Positions 11,254 through 21,642 of a stretch of 64,000 bases of DNA are shown here, one piece after another. Location of the stretch: positions 90,527 to 154,526 of the forward strand of contig JBAQTC010000013.1 in assembly GCA_049296795.1 (NCBI GenBank), given 5' to 3'. The translations under genes were made by a program, and so were the position numbers. Every line of letters begins with the position of its first letter. Positions within the stretch are counted from its first letter, which is position 1. The notes under the pieces were generated by a model. That model ran no database searches. It was not told where the DNA came from and was given only the letters and a program-made list of their open reading frames with translations. This DNA is from Burkholderiaceae bacterium. GTDB lineage: Bacteria; Pseudomonadota; Gammaproteobacteria; Burkholderiales; Burkholderiaceae_C.

Positions 11254-11507
11254 GGTTATTCCTAAATTGGAGGTTGTAGTGCGGGACGACCCAAACCTGA
11301 GGTGCAGCCGCACCAAGCGCCGGCCTCATGCTTTATTATTCAACGCGAATACTGACTTGCCCTATCCGGCAAAACCCTTGGGGGCTGTCTTGCAGGTGAC
11401 AAGAAAATCCTTGCAGGCGCTGCTTGCCACCGAGCAAACTGGTAACTTGCGGGGGTGGCTGATGGCTGCGCAAAATTTGTTTTTTCCAATTCAACCAAGG
11501 AAATGCG

Positions 11508-12242
11508 ATGCGATTAAAGGGTAAAACCGCGCTGGTGACAGCGGCTGGACAAGGAATCGGTCGGGCCAGCGCGCTGGCCATGGCGGCCGAGGGCGCGCAG
11601 GTTTGGGCCACCGACATCAATGCTTCATTGCTGGAAAGCTACCAAGGCGTGGCCAATATCACAGCAGTGAGGCTGGACGTATTGAGCAAGGCAGCCATTA
11701 ACCAAGTGGTAGCCCAGATTCCAGGAATCAACGTGCTGTTCAATTGCGCAGGTTTTGTCCACCATGGAACGGTTTTGCAAGCCACCGATGAAGAGTGGGA
11801 TTTCGCTTTCAACCTCAACGTGCGGGCCCAGTTTTGGGCCATCCAGGCAGTTTTGCCGACCATGTTGGCCAATGGTGGTGGCAGCATCATCAACATGTCG
11901 AGTGTCTGCAGCAGCGTCAAGGGTTTGCCCAATCGGTTTGTTTATGGCGCATCCAAAGCCGCGGTGCTCGGCTTGACCAAAAGTGTGGCCGCAGATTATG
12001 TGGCCCAGGGCATACGCTGCAATGCGCTCATGCCTGGAACAGTGGACACGCCTTCGCTGCAGGACCGTATCAATGCTTTTGCCGATCCGGTTCAGGCGCG
12101 CCAGAACTTTATCGATCGCCAGCCCATGGGACGGCTGGCGCAAGCGCACGAAATGGCGCCGCTGGTGGTATTTTTGGCCAGCGATGAATCGACTTTTGTA
12201 ACCGGCCAGGCGTATGCCAATGATGGAGGAATGACGATATGA
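11508..12242 (+). CDS. short-chain dehydrogenase/reductase (DHRS6/2-keto-3-deoxy-sugar-acid 4-dehydrogenase-like)
   Basis: TAAGQGIG Rossmann motif, NMSS, and YGASKAAV (YxxxK). It is divergent from the TRAP operon. Confidence 0.85.
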   Translation: MRLKGKTALVTAAGQGIGRASALAMAAEGAQVWATDINASLLESYQGVANITAVRLDVLSKAAINQVVAQIPGINVLFNCAGFVHHGTVLQATDEEWDFAFNLNVRAQFWAIQAVLPTMLANGGGSIINMSSVCSSVKGLPNRFVYGASKAAVLGLTKSVAADYVAQGIRCNALMPGTVDTPSLQDRINAFADPVQARQNFIDRQPMGRLAQAHEMAPLVVFLASDESTFVTGQAYANDGGMTI

Positions 12243-12985
12243 ATCAACTCGATTTCAATGACCGGCACGCGGTCATCACGGGTGGCGCAACCGGCATTGG
12301 TTACGCCGTTGCCCAGCGCTTGCTGGCCTCGGGCGGCAGCGTCAGCCTATGGGACCGCGATTTTGCCGCGGCCCAGCGCGCCGCCATTGCTTTGGGTTCG
12401 CAAGCCCAGGCGGTGGAAGTCGATGTGGCGCAGCACGCTTCGGTCCAGCAGGCCGTGCAAAAAACCCTGGCCCATACCTCACAAATCCATGCCCTGGTTA
12501 ACTGCGCTGGCATCACCGGGCCCAACACCAAGGTCTGGGACTATCCGGTTGAAGCCTGGCGCCAGGTGATGGACATCAATCTCACCGGGCTGTTCCTGTG
12601 CTGCCGCGAAGTGGTGCCGCACATGCAAAGCCATAACACTGGACGGATTGTCAACATCGCTTCGGTCGCCGGTAAAGACGGCAACCCCAACGCCAGTGCT
12701 TACAGTGCCAGCAAAGCGGCTGTGATGGCGCTGACCAAATCTTTGGGTAAGGAACTCGCTGAGACCGGTATTCGAGTCAATTGCGTGACGCCGGCGGCGG
12801 TCAAAACCACCATGTTTGATCAGATGACGCCAGAACATATTGCTTTCATGTTGTCCAAAATCCCGATGGGTCGCTTCGGCCAAGTCGAGGAAATCGCTGC
12901 CATGGTGGCTTGGCTTTGCACCGATGATTGCTCGTTCTCCACCGGTGCAGTTTTTGATTTGTCGGGCGGCCGGGCGACCTACTGA
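12239..12985 (+). CDS. short-chain dehydrogenase/reductase
   Basis: TGGATGIG, NIASV and YSASKAAV motifs. The start overlaps the previous stop (ATGA at 12239-12242). Confidence 0.85.
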   Translation: MNQLDFNDRHAVITGGATGIGYAVAQRLLASGGSVSLWDRDFAAAQRAAIALGSQAQAVEVDVAQHASVQQAVQKTLAHTSQIHALVNCAGITGPNTKVWDYPVEAWRQVMDINLTGLFLCCREVVPHMQSHNTGRIVNIASVAGKDGNPNASAYSASKAAVMALTKSLGKELAETGIRVNCVTPAAVKTTMFDQMTPEHIAFMLSKIPMGRFGQVEEIAAMVAWLCTDDCSFSTGAVFDLSGGRATY

Positions 12986-13032
12986 AATTCGTTTGATGTC
13001 GTTTTAAATTTTAATTTTTTGAAAGGTTCCTC

Positions 13033-13881
13033 ATGAAACTCGTTCGTTATGGCAAGCCCGGCAAAGAAAAGCCCGGACTGATTGATGGCCAAGGCCAATT
13101 GCGCGATCTCAGTAAGGTGGTCAAGGACATAGGCCCAGATCAACTCAGCGATGCGGGCTTGGCGAAGTTGCTCAAGCTCAAGACCGACAACTTGCCTTTG
13201 GTGCGAGGCAAGCCGCGCATGGGTTGCCCGGTCAACGGCATTGGCAAGTTCATTGCCATTGGCTTGAATTACTCGGATCATGCGGCCGAATCGGGAATGC
13301 CGATTCCCAAAGAGCCGGTGGTTTTCACCAAGGCCATCAGCTGCATTCAGGGCCCAGATGATGATGTCATGTTACCCAAGGGATCGGTCAAGGGCGACTG
13401 GGAGGTTGAATTGGGCGTGGTGATTGGAAAAAAAGCCCGTTATGTATCGCAAAAACAGGCGCTGGATTTTGTGGCCGGTTACTGCACCATCAACGATGTG
13501 AGCGAACGTGAATTCCAGCTCGAGCGTGGCTCGCAGTGGGATAAGGGCAAGGGCTGTGATACGTTTGGGCCGATCGGTCCTTGGCTGGTGACGCGCGATG
13601 AAATCACCAATCCGCAAAAGCTCTCCATGTGGCTGGATTTGAACGGCCAGCGTCAGCAAACTGGCAACACCAAAACCATGATTTTCAGCGTGGCCAAGAT
13701 TGTCAGTCACTTAAGCCAGTTCATGACCTTGATGCCGGGTGACGTGATCACCACCGGTACCCCGCCCGGTGTCGGTCTGGGGCACAAACCACCGCTGTAT
13801 CTGAAAAAAGGCGATGTGATGACGCTGGGCATCGAAGGGCTGGGCGAGCAACGCCAGTTGGTCGTGCCGTTCAAGTTGTAA
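13033..13881 (+). CDS. fumarylacetoacetate hydrolase (FAH) family hydrolase
   Basis: MKLVRYGKPGKEKPGLID... with a FAH C-terminal domain (GLNYSDHA, EVELGVVIG, NDVSERE, PGDVITTGTPPGVG). Confidence 0.85.
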   Translation: MKLVRYGKPGKEKPGLIDGQGQLRDLSKVVKDIGPDQLSDAGLAKLLKLKTDNLPLVRGKPRMGCPVNGIGKFIAIGLNYSDHAAESGMPIPKEPVVFTKAISCIQGPDDDVMLPKGSVKGDWEVELGVVIGKKARYVSQKQALDFVAGYCTINDVSEREFQLERGSQWDKGKGCDTFGPIGPWLVTRDEITNPQKLSMWLDLNGQRQQTGNTKTMIFSVAKIVSHLSQFMTLMPGDVITTGTPPGVGLGHKPPLYLKKGDVMTLGIEGLGEQRQLVVPFKL

Positions 13882-13947
13882 AGTCTTGCCGGGCAGGTCG
13901 GGCGCAAAAATGCCGTTTCGTCCTGCCCCTGATTAATGAGGTCATTC

Positions 13948-14712
13948 ATGCCAGAAATTCTCAGCGACGTATCAGCCGGCGTCATGACCATCACCTTGAA
14001 CCGGGTCGAGAAGAAAAACTCGCTCACCGCAGCCATGTACAGCGAGCTGGCCAGGGTCTTGCAACAGGCACAGAGCGACGCGGCAGTGCGCTGCGTGGTG
14101 ATTCAAGGGCACGAGACTATTTTTTCGGCCGGCAATGACATAAGCGATTTCCTGAACCAACCACCGACCAGCGCCGACGCGCCAGTGTTCGATTTCATGC
14201 GCACCCTGATCGCTTTCCCCAAGCCCCTGGTGGCTGCGGTTTGTGGCCCGGCCGTGGGCATTGGAACGACAATGCTGTTTCACTGCGATCTGGTCTATGC
14301 CGGCGACAACGCAGCCTTCTCCATGCCGTTTGTCAATCTCGGCCTGTGCCCTGAGTTGGCATCGAGCTTGTTGGCACCGCAACGCATGGGTTATCAACGG
14401 GCGGCTGAAGCCTTGCTGTTGGGTGAGCCCTTCATGGCGGAAACAGCATTGGAGTTGGGTTTGATCAACCGCATCGTTCCACCCTCGGAGGCCAACGCCT
14501 TGGCCCAACAGCAGGCCCGCAAGTTGGCATTGAAACCCGTCACTGCCTTGCTGGAGACCAAGCGTTTGTTGAAGGAAGCCCAAGCTGCCTTGGTGGCCGA
14601 GCGGGTGGCGCAAGAGGGCCGCAGTTTTGGCCGCATGCTGCAGGAACCTGCAGCCAAGGAAGCGTTTGCTGCCTTTCTGGAAAAGCGAAGCCCTGATTTT
14701 TCCAAGCTGTGA
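13948..14712 (+). CDS. enoyl-CoA hydratase/isomerase (crotonase) family protein
   Basis: GVMTITLNRVEKKNSLT...FSAGNDISDF...AVCGPAVGIGTTMLFHCDL matches the crotonase fold. ATG 13948 has GAGG upstream. Confidence 0.8.
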   Translation: MPEILSDVSAGVMTITLNRVEKKNSLTAAMYSELARVLQQAQSDAAVRCVVIQGHETIFSAGNDISDFLNQPPTSADAPVFDFMRTLIAFPKPLVAAVCGPAVGIGTTMLFHCDLVYAGDNAAFSMPFVNLGLCPELASSLLAPQRMGYQRAAEALLLGEPFMAETALELGLINRIVPPSEANALAQQQARKLALKPVTALLETKRLLKEAQAALVAERVAQEGRSFGRMLQEPAAKEAFAAFLEKRSPDFSKL

Positions 14713-14721
14713 TGGGGCCTC

Positions 14722-16569
14722 ATGCGCCGACACGGTGAAACCAGCACGCAGCCAGCGACGCCCACCACGCCCCAGCCTGGCCACAGCGACTGGGCCACGC
14801 TGAGCCGGCTCATGCCGTATTTGTGGCAATACAAATACCGGGTAATCGCAGCACTGTTGTTCATGGTCGGGGCCAAGCTGGCCAATGTTAGCGTTCCCTT
14901 GCTGCTCAAAACCCTGGTCGACGACATGAACATCCAGGCTGGCGAGATCAGGGCTTTGCTGGTGGTGCCAGCCGCTTTGCTGCTGGGCTATGGCGCGTTG
15001 CGCTTGTCCACCTCGCTGTTCACCGAATTGCGCGAACTGGTGTTTGCCAAAGCCACTGAGGGAGCTTCGCGCAGCATTTCACTCCAGGTATTTCGCCACT
15101 TGCACGCCCTGAGCCTGCGCTTTCACCTGGAGCGCCAGACTGGCGGCATGACACGCGACATTGAGCGCGGTACCCGGGGCGTGCACTCGCTGATTTCTTA
15201 TTCGCTCTACAGCATCATCCCCACCTTGATCGAGGTGGCGCTGGTGCTGACCCTGCTGGCGGTCAAGTTCGATGTTTGGTTTGCCTGGATCACGATTGCA
15301 GCGTTGGCGGCCTACATCGTGTTCACCATCACGGTGACCGAGTGGCGAACCCAGTACCGGCGCAAAATGAACGAGCTCGATTCATCGGCTCACAGCCGGG
15401 CCATCGATTCGTTGCTGAACTACGAAACGGTCAAGTACTTCAACAACGAAGAGTTCGAAGCCCATCGCTACGATGAAAACCTCGAACGCTACCGCCGTGC
15501 CGCGGTGAAAAGCCAGAGTACGCTGAGCTTGCTCAATACCGGCCAGCAACTGATCATCTCGGCTGGCTTGGTGGCTTTGCTGTGGCGCGCCACCCAGGGT
15601 GTGGTCGATGGCCGGATGACCCTGGGCGACCTGGTGATGGTCAACGCATTCATGATTCAGCTCTACATCCCCTTGAATTTTCTGGGCGTGCTGTACCGTG
15701 AAATCAAACAAAGCCTGACCGATCTGGACAAGATGTTCACGCTGATGGAGCGCGAGCGCGAAGTGGCCGATGACCCCGGAGCCCAGGCATTGGTGCTGCA
15801 GGGGCCGCCCGAGCTGATTTTTAGCAATGTCAGCTTTGCTTACGATGCAGCGCGACCGATTTTGAAGAACCTCAGCTTCCATATTCCGGCCGGAAAAAAA
15901 GTTGCCGTGGTCGGTCCTTCGGGGGCCGGTAAATCGACTCTGGCGCGTTTGTTGTTTCGCTTTTACGACGTGCAGGGCGGCGAGATTCGAATCGCTGGGC
16001 AAAATATCCGTGCCGTGACACAGGCCAGTGTGCGCCAGGCTATCGGCATCGTTCCGCAAGACACGGTGCTGTTCAACGACACGGTGCACTACAACATTGC
16101 GTACGGCCGACCTGGCAGCACTCGCGTCGAAGTAGAAGACGCAGCCCGTTCGGCACACATTCATAACTTCATCGTTGCCACGCCCGCGGGCTACGAGACC
16201 CAGGTCGGCGAGCGTGGCCTCAAGCTCTCCGGAGGCGAAAAACAAAGGGTGGCGATAGCCCGCACGGTGCTGAAAAATCCGCCGATTTTGGTGCTTGACG
16301 AAGCGACTTCGGCGCTCGATTCGGCCAACGAACGCGCCATTCAGTCCGAGTTGCAAAACGTCGCGCACAACCGCACTACCTTGGTCATTGCGCATCGCTT
16401 GTCTACCGTAGTCGATGCCCACGAAATTCTGGTGCTCGATGCCGGTCAGATTGTTGAGCGCGGAACCCATGGCGAGTTATTGGCTAAGGCTGGGCGCTAC
16501 GCTGACATGTGGGCGCTGCAGCAAAACAGTGAAACGCTGGAGCCGGTCGCTTCTGTTTTGGGACAATAG
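14722..16569 (+). CDS. ABC transporter, fused permease/ATPase (ATM1/HMT1-like exporter)
   Basis: Six-TM N-terminal domain, then Walker [10 protein letters not shown], signature LSGGEKQR and Walker [13 protein letters not shown]. Confidence 0.9.
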   Translation: MRRHGETSTQPATPTTPQPGHSDWATLSRLMPYLWQYKYRVIAALLFMVGAKLANVSVPLLLKTLVDDMNIQAGEIRALLVVPAALLLGYGALRLSTSLFTELRELVFAKATEGASRSISLQVFRHLHALSLRFHLERQTGGMTRDIERGTRGVHSLISYSLYSIIPTLIEVALVLTLLAVKFDVWFAWITIAALAAYIVFTITVTEWRTQYRRKMNELDSSAHSRAIDSLLNYETVKYFNNEEFEAHRYDENLERYRRAAVKSQSTLSLLNTGQQLIISAGLVALLWRATQGVVDGRMTLGDLVMVNAFMIQLYIPLNFLGVLYREIKQSLTDLDKMFTLMEREREVADDPGAQALVLQGPPELIFSNVSFAYDAARPILKNLSFHIPAGKKVAVVGPSGAGKSTLARLLFRFYDVQGGEIRIAGQNIRAVTQASVRQAIGIVPQDTVLFNDTVHYNIAYGRPGSTRVEVEDAARSAHIHNFIVATPAGYETQVGERGLKLSGGEKQRVAIARTVLKNPPILVLDEATSALDSANERAIQSELQNVAHNRTTLVIAHRLSTVVDAHEILVLDAGQIVERGTHGELLAKAGRYADMWALQQNSETLEPVASVLGQ

Positions 16570-16573
16570 CGCC

Positions 16574-17605
16574 ATGACTCAAGAAATAAGCCTGACCCGA
16601 CCCGACGATTGGCATCTCCACGTGCGCGACGGCGACGCCTTGCGTACCGTGGTGCCGCACACCGCAGCCCAGTTTGGCCGCGCCATCATCATGCCCAACC
16701 TGAGGCCACCAGTGACCAGCGCCGCCCAGGCCCTGGCGTACCGTGACCGGATTCTGGCCGCGGTGCCAGAAGGCGTTCAGTTCGAGCCGCTGATGACGCT
16801 GTATCTCACTGACAACTTGCCGCCCGATGAAATCAAGCGCGCCAAGGACGCCGGTGTGGTGGCGCTCAAACTCTACCCGGCTGGCGCCACCACCAACAGC
16901 GACGCGGGTGTGACCGATGTGCGCAAGACTTACAAAACATTGGAAGCGATGCAGCGCGAGGGCCTGTTGCTGCTGGTTCACGGCGAAGTGACAGCCCCGG
17001 AGATTGACTTGTTTGACCGCGAAGCGGTGTTCATTGACCAGCAGCTGATTCCACTGCGGCGCGACTTCCCCGAACTCAAAATCGTGTTCGAGCACATCAC
17101 AACCCTCGAGGCAGCGCACTATGTGCGCGACAGCGACCGTTTCACCGGCGCGACCGTCACAGCGCATCACCTGCTGTACAACCGCAACGCCATTTTTACC
17201 GGCGGGATTCGCCCGCACTACTACTGCCTGCCGGTGCTCAAGCGCGAAATGCATAGGCTGGCGCTGGTCGAAGCGGCCACCAGTGGCAACCCTAAATTCT
17301 TTCTGGGTACCGACAGCGCACCGCACCCGGCGCAGCTGAAAGAACACGCGACCGGTTGCGCCGGTTGCTACACCGCGCACGCGGCGATCGAGATGTATGC
17401 CGAGGCTTTCGATTCGGCCGGTGCCTTGGATCGTTTGGAAGCTTTTGCCAGTTTCAATGGCGCTGATTTTTACGGACTGCCGCGAAACACGACCCGCATC
17501 ACGCTGCGCCGTGAGCGCTGGACCCCGGCTGAGAGTTTTGCTTTTGGTGCGGCTGAACTCAAACCCCTGCGTTCGGGCGAAACGCTACCGTGGCGCATGG
17601 TTTAG
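16574..17605 (+). CDS. pyrC: dihydroorotase (class II, homodimeric type)
   Basis: [20 protein letters not shown] is the characteristic N-terminus. ATG 16574 lies 5 nt after the ABC gene stop, so the track start at 16415 lies inside the ABC gene. Confidence 0.9.
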   Translation: MTQEISLTRPDDWHLHVRDGDALRTVVPHTAAQFGRAIIMPNLRPPVTSAAQALAYRDRILAAVPEGVQFEPLMTLYLTDNLPPDEIKRAKDAGVVALKLYPAGATTNSDAGVTDVRKTYKTLEAMQREGLLLLVHGEVTAPEIDLFDREAVFIDQQLIPLRRDFPELKIVFEHITTLEAAHYVRDSDRFTGATVTAHHLLYNRNAIFTGGIRPHYYCLPVLKREMHRLALVEAATSGNPKFFLGTDSAPHPAQLKEHATGCAGCYTAHAAIEMYAEAFDSAGALDRLEAFASFNGADFYGLPRNTTRITLRRERWTPAESFAFGAAELKPLRSGETLPWRMV

Positions 17606-18336
17606 AGCAGATCGACTGGCAAGCGCCCTGGTTGGGGCCTTATCGTGCGCTCGGACAAACGGTGGCCCAAGACATTGACGCCGGTTTGTCCTGCCATGAG
17701 GCGCTTAACCGCTGCGACTCTGCTCTCCTGCGCTTTTGTGCGCAGCAGGAATTGCCCCCCGGTCAAGCTTACGAGGACTTTATTTTCCAAACCCGGTGCT
17801 GCCCGACCCGCGATGGCGTGCATGATTTTTTCAATGGTCTGTGCTGGCTGCATTACCCCCAGACCAAGAAAAAACTCAATGCACTGCAAGCGCATGAAAT
17901 TGCCAGTGCCGGCATTGGCCCCTTGCGCGGAGCGCTGCGCGATGGACTGACGCTGTTTGACGAGAACGCAGCGCTGCTGCAAGCGCCTGATGCTTTGTGG
18001 GACGCTTTGCTGATCAAGGACTGGGCCAGTCTGTTTGGTACATTGCGTCCCCTGTGGCAACAAGCGAATTTGCGTTTGTTTGGTCACGCGCTGCTGGAGA
18101 AACTGGTGCGCCCCAGAAAAGCCATCACGGCCCATGTGATTCGGGTTCCGCTGGGCTTGACCGGCCTACCGGAAGTCGATCAGTGGGTTGCGCACACGCT
18201 GAGTGCTGAACTGCTGGCGAGCAAACCTTTTGTTCCACTGCCGGTGTTGGGCGTGCCGCTCTGGTGGGCGGCTAATCAAGAGCCGGCGTTTTATGCCGAT
18301 CCTCGGGTATTTCGAGTCCCGCGCGTGGCTTCTTGA
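17590..18336 (+). CDS. DUF3025-like conserved hypothetical protein
   Basis: 248-aa ORF overlapping the pyrC end by 16 nt. The [15 protein letters not shown] and ENAALL motifs resemble the DUF3025 family often found after pyrC in betaproteobacteria. The family assignment is from memory. Confidence 0.6.
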   Translation: MAHGLEQIDWQAPWLGPYRALGQTVAQDIDAGLSCHEALNRCDSALLRFCAQQELPPGQAYEDFIFQTRCCPTRDGVHDFFNGLCWLHYPQTKKKLNALQAHEIASAGIGPLRGALRDGLTLFDENAALLQAPDALWDALLIKDWASLFGTLRPLWQQANLRLFGHALLEKLVRPRKAITAHVIRVPLGLTGLPEVDQWVAHTLSAELLASKPFVPLPVLGVPLWWAANQEPAFYADPRVFRVPRVAS

Positions 18337-18468
18337 GTGGTCTGATTAAGAATATTTGCAGGCTTACCCTTGTTTCTGGGCTGGTTAGCCCTAATATCTG
18401 CGCCATCGGGCAACGATCAAGTTGCGGGCAGGGCTGGGGCACTTCCCACTACCGATAAGGAGAATGTA

Positions 18469-19338
18469 ATGAAACGAATTTTTCTGTTTATCGCGACCAA
18501 CCTGGCGGTGGTGCTGGTGCTGGGCCTGGTGGCCAATTTGCTGGGTGTCAACCGCTTCCTCACGGCCAACGGGCTGAATCTGGGGGCGTTGCTGGGTTTT
18601 GCCTTGATCATGGGATTTGGTGGGGCTTTCCTTTCGCTCTTGATCAGCAAACCGCTGGCTAAATGGAGCTCGGGCGTGCGGGTGATCGCGCAGCCGCAAT
18701 CGGCCGACGAAGCCTGGATTGTTCAGACCGTGCAGCGACTGGCTGACAAGGCAGGCATTGCGATGCCCGAAGTCGGCATCTTTGAGGGCGACCCGAATGC
18801 CTTTGCTACTGGCGCTTTCAAAAATTCGGCCCTGGTGGCGGTTTCCACCGGTTTGCTGACCGGTATGACGCGCGACGAGGTCGAGGCCGTGTTGGGTCAT
18901 GAAATCGCCCATATCGCCAATGGCGACATGGTCACCATGACTTTGATTCAAGGCGTAATGAACACCTTTGTGGTGTTCCTCAGCCGCGTGATCGGTTATG
19001 CAGTGGACAGCTTTTTGCGACGCGGTGACGACCGTGAAAGTGGCCCGGGCATGGGCTACTACATCACCACCATCGTGCTGGACATCCTGCTGGGTTTTGT
19101 CGCTGCCATGATCGTGGCTTGGTTCTCGCGTCAGCGCGAGTTCCGCGCCGATGCCGGATCGGCCCAGTTGCTGGGACGGCGGCAACCGATGATCAATGCC
19201 CTGGCCCGACTCGGTGCCATGCACCCGGCTGAGTTGCCCAAGAGTGTGGCAGCGATGGGTATTGCCGGCGGCATCGGCCAGTGGTTCTCGACCCACCCAC
19301 CGATAGAAGAGCGCATCGCCGCACTGGAAAGTCAATAA
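18469..19338 (+). CDS. htpX: zinc metalloprotease HtpX
   Basis: [29 protein letters not shown] (HExxH), and a C-terminal [10 protein letters not shown]. An AAGGAGAA RBS precedes ATG 18469. Confidence 0.9.
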   Translation: MKRIFLFIATNLAVVLVLGLVANLLGVNRFLTANGLNLGALLGFALIMGFGGAFLSLLISKPLAKWSSGVRVIAQPQSADEAWIVQTVQRLADKAGIAMPEVGIFEGDPNAFATGAFKNSALVAVSTGLLTGMTRDEVEAVLGHEIAHIANGDMVTMTLIQGVMNTFVVFLSRVIGYAVDSFLRRGDDRESGPGMGYYITTIVLDILLGFVAAMIVAWFSRQREFRADAGSAQLLGRRQPMINALARLGAMHPAELPKSVAAMGIAGGIGQWFSTHPPIEERIAALESQ

Positions 19339-19375
19339 AAGGGCGGAGCTGTCAAAGGCGGGGCCGTTGGTCAGG

Positions 19376-19655
19376 CATCCTTTGCGCTCGCAAGCGTTGG
19401 CATGGCCGGTGGATTGGGTGCCCGTTCTCCAGCCCAGGCTCGCGGGCGGCTGCATGTGAGAACCTACGTTGCTGCGTTAATGCCGCCACAGGTCCACGAG
19501 ATCTGTAACAACCGCGAATCGGGCCTGCGCCCGGACACCCGCACCGCCGGCCTGATCAGTATCTGGTTTTTCAAAATGCAGTCCGAAACCTCGTGCGCTG
19601 CGTTGTTTCGAGGTGGGTGGTGGGGCTGGCAGGCGCAGGCTCGATTTGCGGTTGC
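19376..19655 (+). repeat. Family-A structured intergenic repeat, copy 1 (about 270 bp)
   Basis: About 85-90% identical by eye to the reverse complement of 30412-30684. It contains a 23-nt long-range inverted repeat, 19509-19531 versus 19632-19654, with two G:T positions. Confidence 0.8.
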
Positions 19656-19843
19656 CACAGAATTTGTCTGCCGGCCACGGCGTTAACGAAAATTTTCTTG
19701 AATTTCAGAAGCACTTAACCGCGAGCTGAGCCGAAGAAGGACAGCCACGCTGCCCGCCTGGCGCAGATGTGCTGGCGAGAGGCTGTACAAATCCGCTAGC
19801 GCGCGTAGCTGTTGGCGAGGCCGGTGGTCTGGTATTGCTGTCC

Positions 19844-21499
19844 TCAGCTATTCAAAATGGCGCGGGCCACAGCTTCGGCCACTTTGATTCCGTCCACCCC
19901 GGCTGACAGGATTCCGCCGGCGTAACCGGCGCCTTCGCCGGCGGGGTAGAGACCGCGCACATTGCTGCTTTGAAAATTTTCGCCGCGTGGCATGCGCAGT
20001 GGCGACGAGGTGCGGGTTTCGACCCCGGTCAACACGGCATCGGGCATGTCAAAACCCTTCAGTTTTTTCCCAAACGCGGGTAGCGCTTCGCGAATGGCTT
20101 CAATGGCATAGGCGGGCAGGGCCTGCGCGAGGCTGCCGAGCTTGACACCTGGACGGTAAGAGGGAGTCACGCTGCCGAGTTGAGTCGAGGGTCGGTCGGC
20201 CATGAAATCGCCCACCAACTGAGCCGGTGCTTCGTAATTGCTCCCGCCCAACACATAGGCCTGCGACTCCAGCTCGCGCTGCAATGCGATGCCCGCCAGC
20301 GGGCTGACGGCGCCGCTGCTCAGACGCTCGCCGCCGAAGTCGGCTGGCTCAATTCCCACCACAATCCCGGCATTGGCGTTGCGTTCGTTGCGCGAATACT
20401 GGCTCATGCCATTGGTCACCACCCGACCGAGCTCGGAGGTGGCTGCCACCACCGTGCCGCCCGGGCACATGCAAAAGCTGTACACCGTTCGACCATTTTG
20501 GGCGTGGTGTGCCAACTTGTAATCGGCAGCACCGAGCAAAGCGTTGCCGGCGTGGCGACCCCAGCGGGCGCGGTCTATCAGGCCTTGGGGATGTTCAATC
20601 CGAAAGCCGATCGAAAATGGCTTGGCTTGAAGTTCGACCCCGCGCTCAAACAGCATGGAAAAAGTGTCGCGTGCGCTGTGGCCCAAAGCCAGCACCACCT
20701 GCTCGGCTGGCAACTCGTAGTGGCTATCTGTCTGGCCATCGTGCACCGTCAGGCCGCGCAGTTGCAGCCCTTGGGGATCTGCTTGCAGCTTTACATCTGT
20801 GACCCGGTGCTGAAAGCGAATTTCGCCGCCCAAGGCGATGATCTGGGCCCGCAGGTTTTCCACCACCTTGACCAGTTTGAATGTGCCAATGTGGGGATGG
20901 GCTTCGAACAGGATGTCCGCCGGTGCGCCAGCGCGAACGAACTCGTCGATCACTTTGCGTCCCAAATGGCGCGGGTCCTTGATCTGGCTATAGAGTTTGC
21001 CGTCAGAAAAAGTACCGGCACCGCCTTCGCCAAATTGAACATTGGACTCCGGGTTGAGCTGGTTTTTGCGCCACAAAGCCCAGGTGTCTTGGGTCCGTTC
21101 GCGCACCGCTTTGCCGCGCTCCAAAACGATGGGTTTGAAGCCCATTTGAGCCAACAGCAGGGCGCTGAAAATGCCACATGGGCCAAAGCCAACCACCACT
21201 GGGCGCTGCTTCAGTACAGCCGGGGCCTGCGCCACCGGGTGATAAAACAAATCGGGTGCGGCGGCGATGTGGGGATGAGCTGCGAAACGGGCTAATAGCG
21301 CAGCTTCCAGAGCGGGAGTCAGCGTCAAATCGACGATATAGACTTGGAGCAGCTGGGCCTTGCGGGCATCAAAACTGCGTTTAAAAATGCTGAAGTGCTT
21401 GATGTCCTGGGCTTGCAGCCCCAGGGTCTGGGCCATCAAAGTCGGCAGTGCATCGCTGGCGTGATCCAGCGGGAGTTTGAGTTCAGTGAGTCGAATCAT
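19844..21499 (-). CDS. FAD-dependent oxidoreductase (COG2509-type, uncharacterised)
   Basis: N-terminal MIRLTELKLPLDH...FSIFKRSFDARK followed by VVVGFGPCGIFSALLLAQMG (GxGxxG). Length is 551 aa. Confidence 0.8.
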   Translation of the reverse strand: MIRLTELKLPLDHASDALPTLMAQTLGLQAQDIKHFSIFKRSFDARKAQLLQVYIVDLTLTPALEAALLARFAAHPHIAAAPDLFYHPVAQAPAVLKQRPVVVGFGPCGIFSALLLAQMGFKPIVLERGKAVRERTQDTWALWRKNQLNPESNVQFGEGGAGTFSDGKLYSQIKDPRHLGRKVIDEFVRAGAPADILFEAHPHIGTFKLVKVVENLRAQIIALGGEIRFQHRVTDVKLQADPQGLQLRGLTVHDGQTDSHYELPAEQVVLALGHSARDTFSMLFERGVELQAKPFSIGFRIEHPQGLIDRARWGRHAGNALLGAADYKLAHHAQNGRTVYSFCMCPGGTVVAATSELGRVVTNGMSQYSRNERNANAGIVVGIEPADFGGERLSSGAVSPLAGIALQRELESQAYVLGGSNYEAPAQLVGDFMADRPSTQLGSVTPSYRPGVKLGSLAQALPAYAIEAIREALPAFGKKLKGFDMPDAVLTGVETRTSSPLRMPRGENFQSSNVRGLYPAGEGAGYAGGILSAGVDGIKVAEAVARAILNS

Positions 21500-21642
21500 G
21501 GCTTGTGTTGATCAAGCAGAAGAAGCTGCCAATGATACGCTCAGCAAAGCTCAGCCATGACGTGGATAATCCCGTGGCGCGTACAGTCAAAATCGCCAGT
21601 GCGTGCCAAACACCGTATTTACTTGTAACCCAGCGACGTCCT

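Noticed and set aside
11254-11507. Operator-like repeats (TCTTGCAGG ... CCTTGCAGG, short CTTG/CAAG palindrome) in the divergent TRAP/SDR control region.
   Set aside because: The arms are only 5-9 nt, there is no cognate regulator gene in the cluster, and the pattern is too weak to call without comparative data.
19402-19686. 94-aa ORF across family-A repeat copy 1, and its counterpart 30127-30639 (-) across copy 2.
   Set aside because: The translated similarity simply reflects nucleotide repeat identity. Differences between the copies are mostly non-synonymous, the composition is Arg/Gly/Ala/Pro-rich as for translated GC-rich non-coding DNA, and the 30127-30639 ORF runs antisense into xerC.
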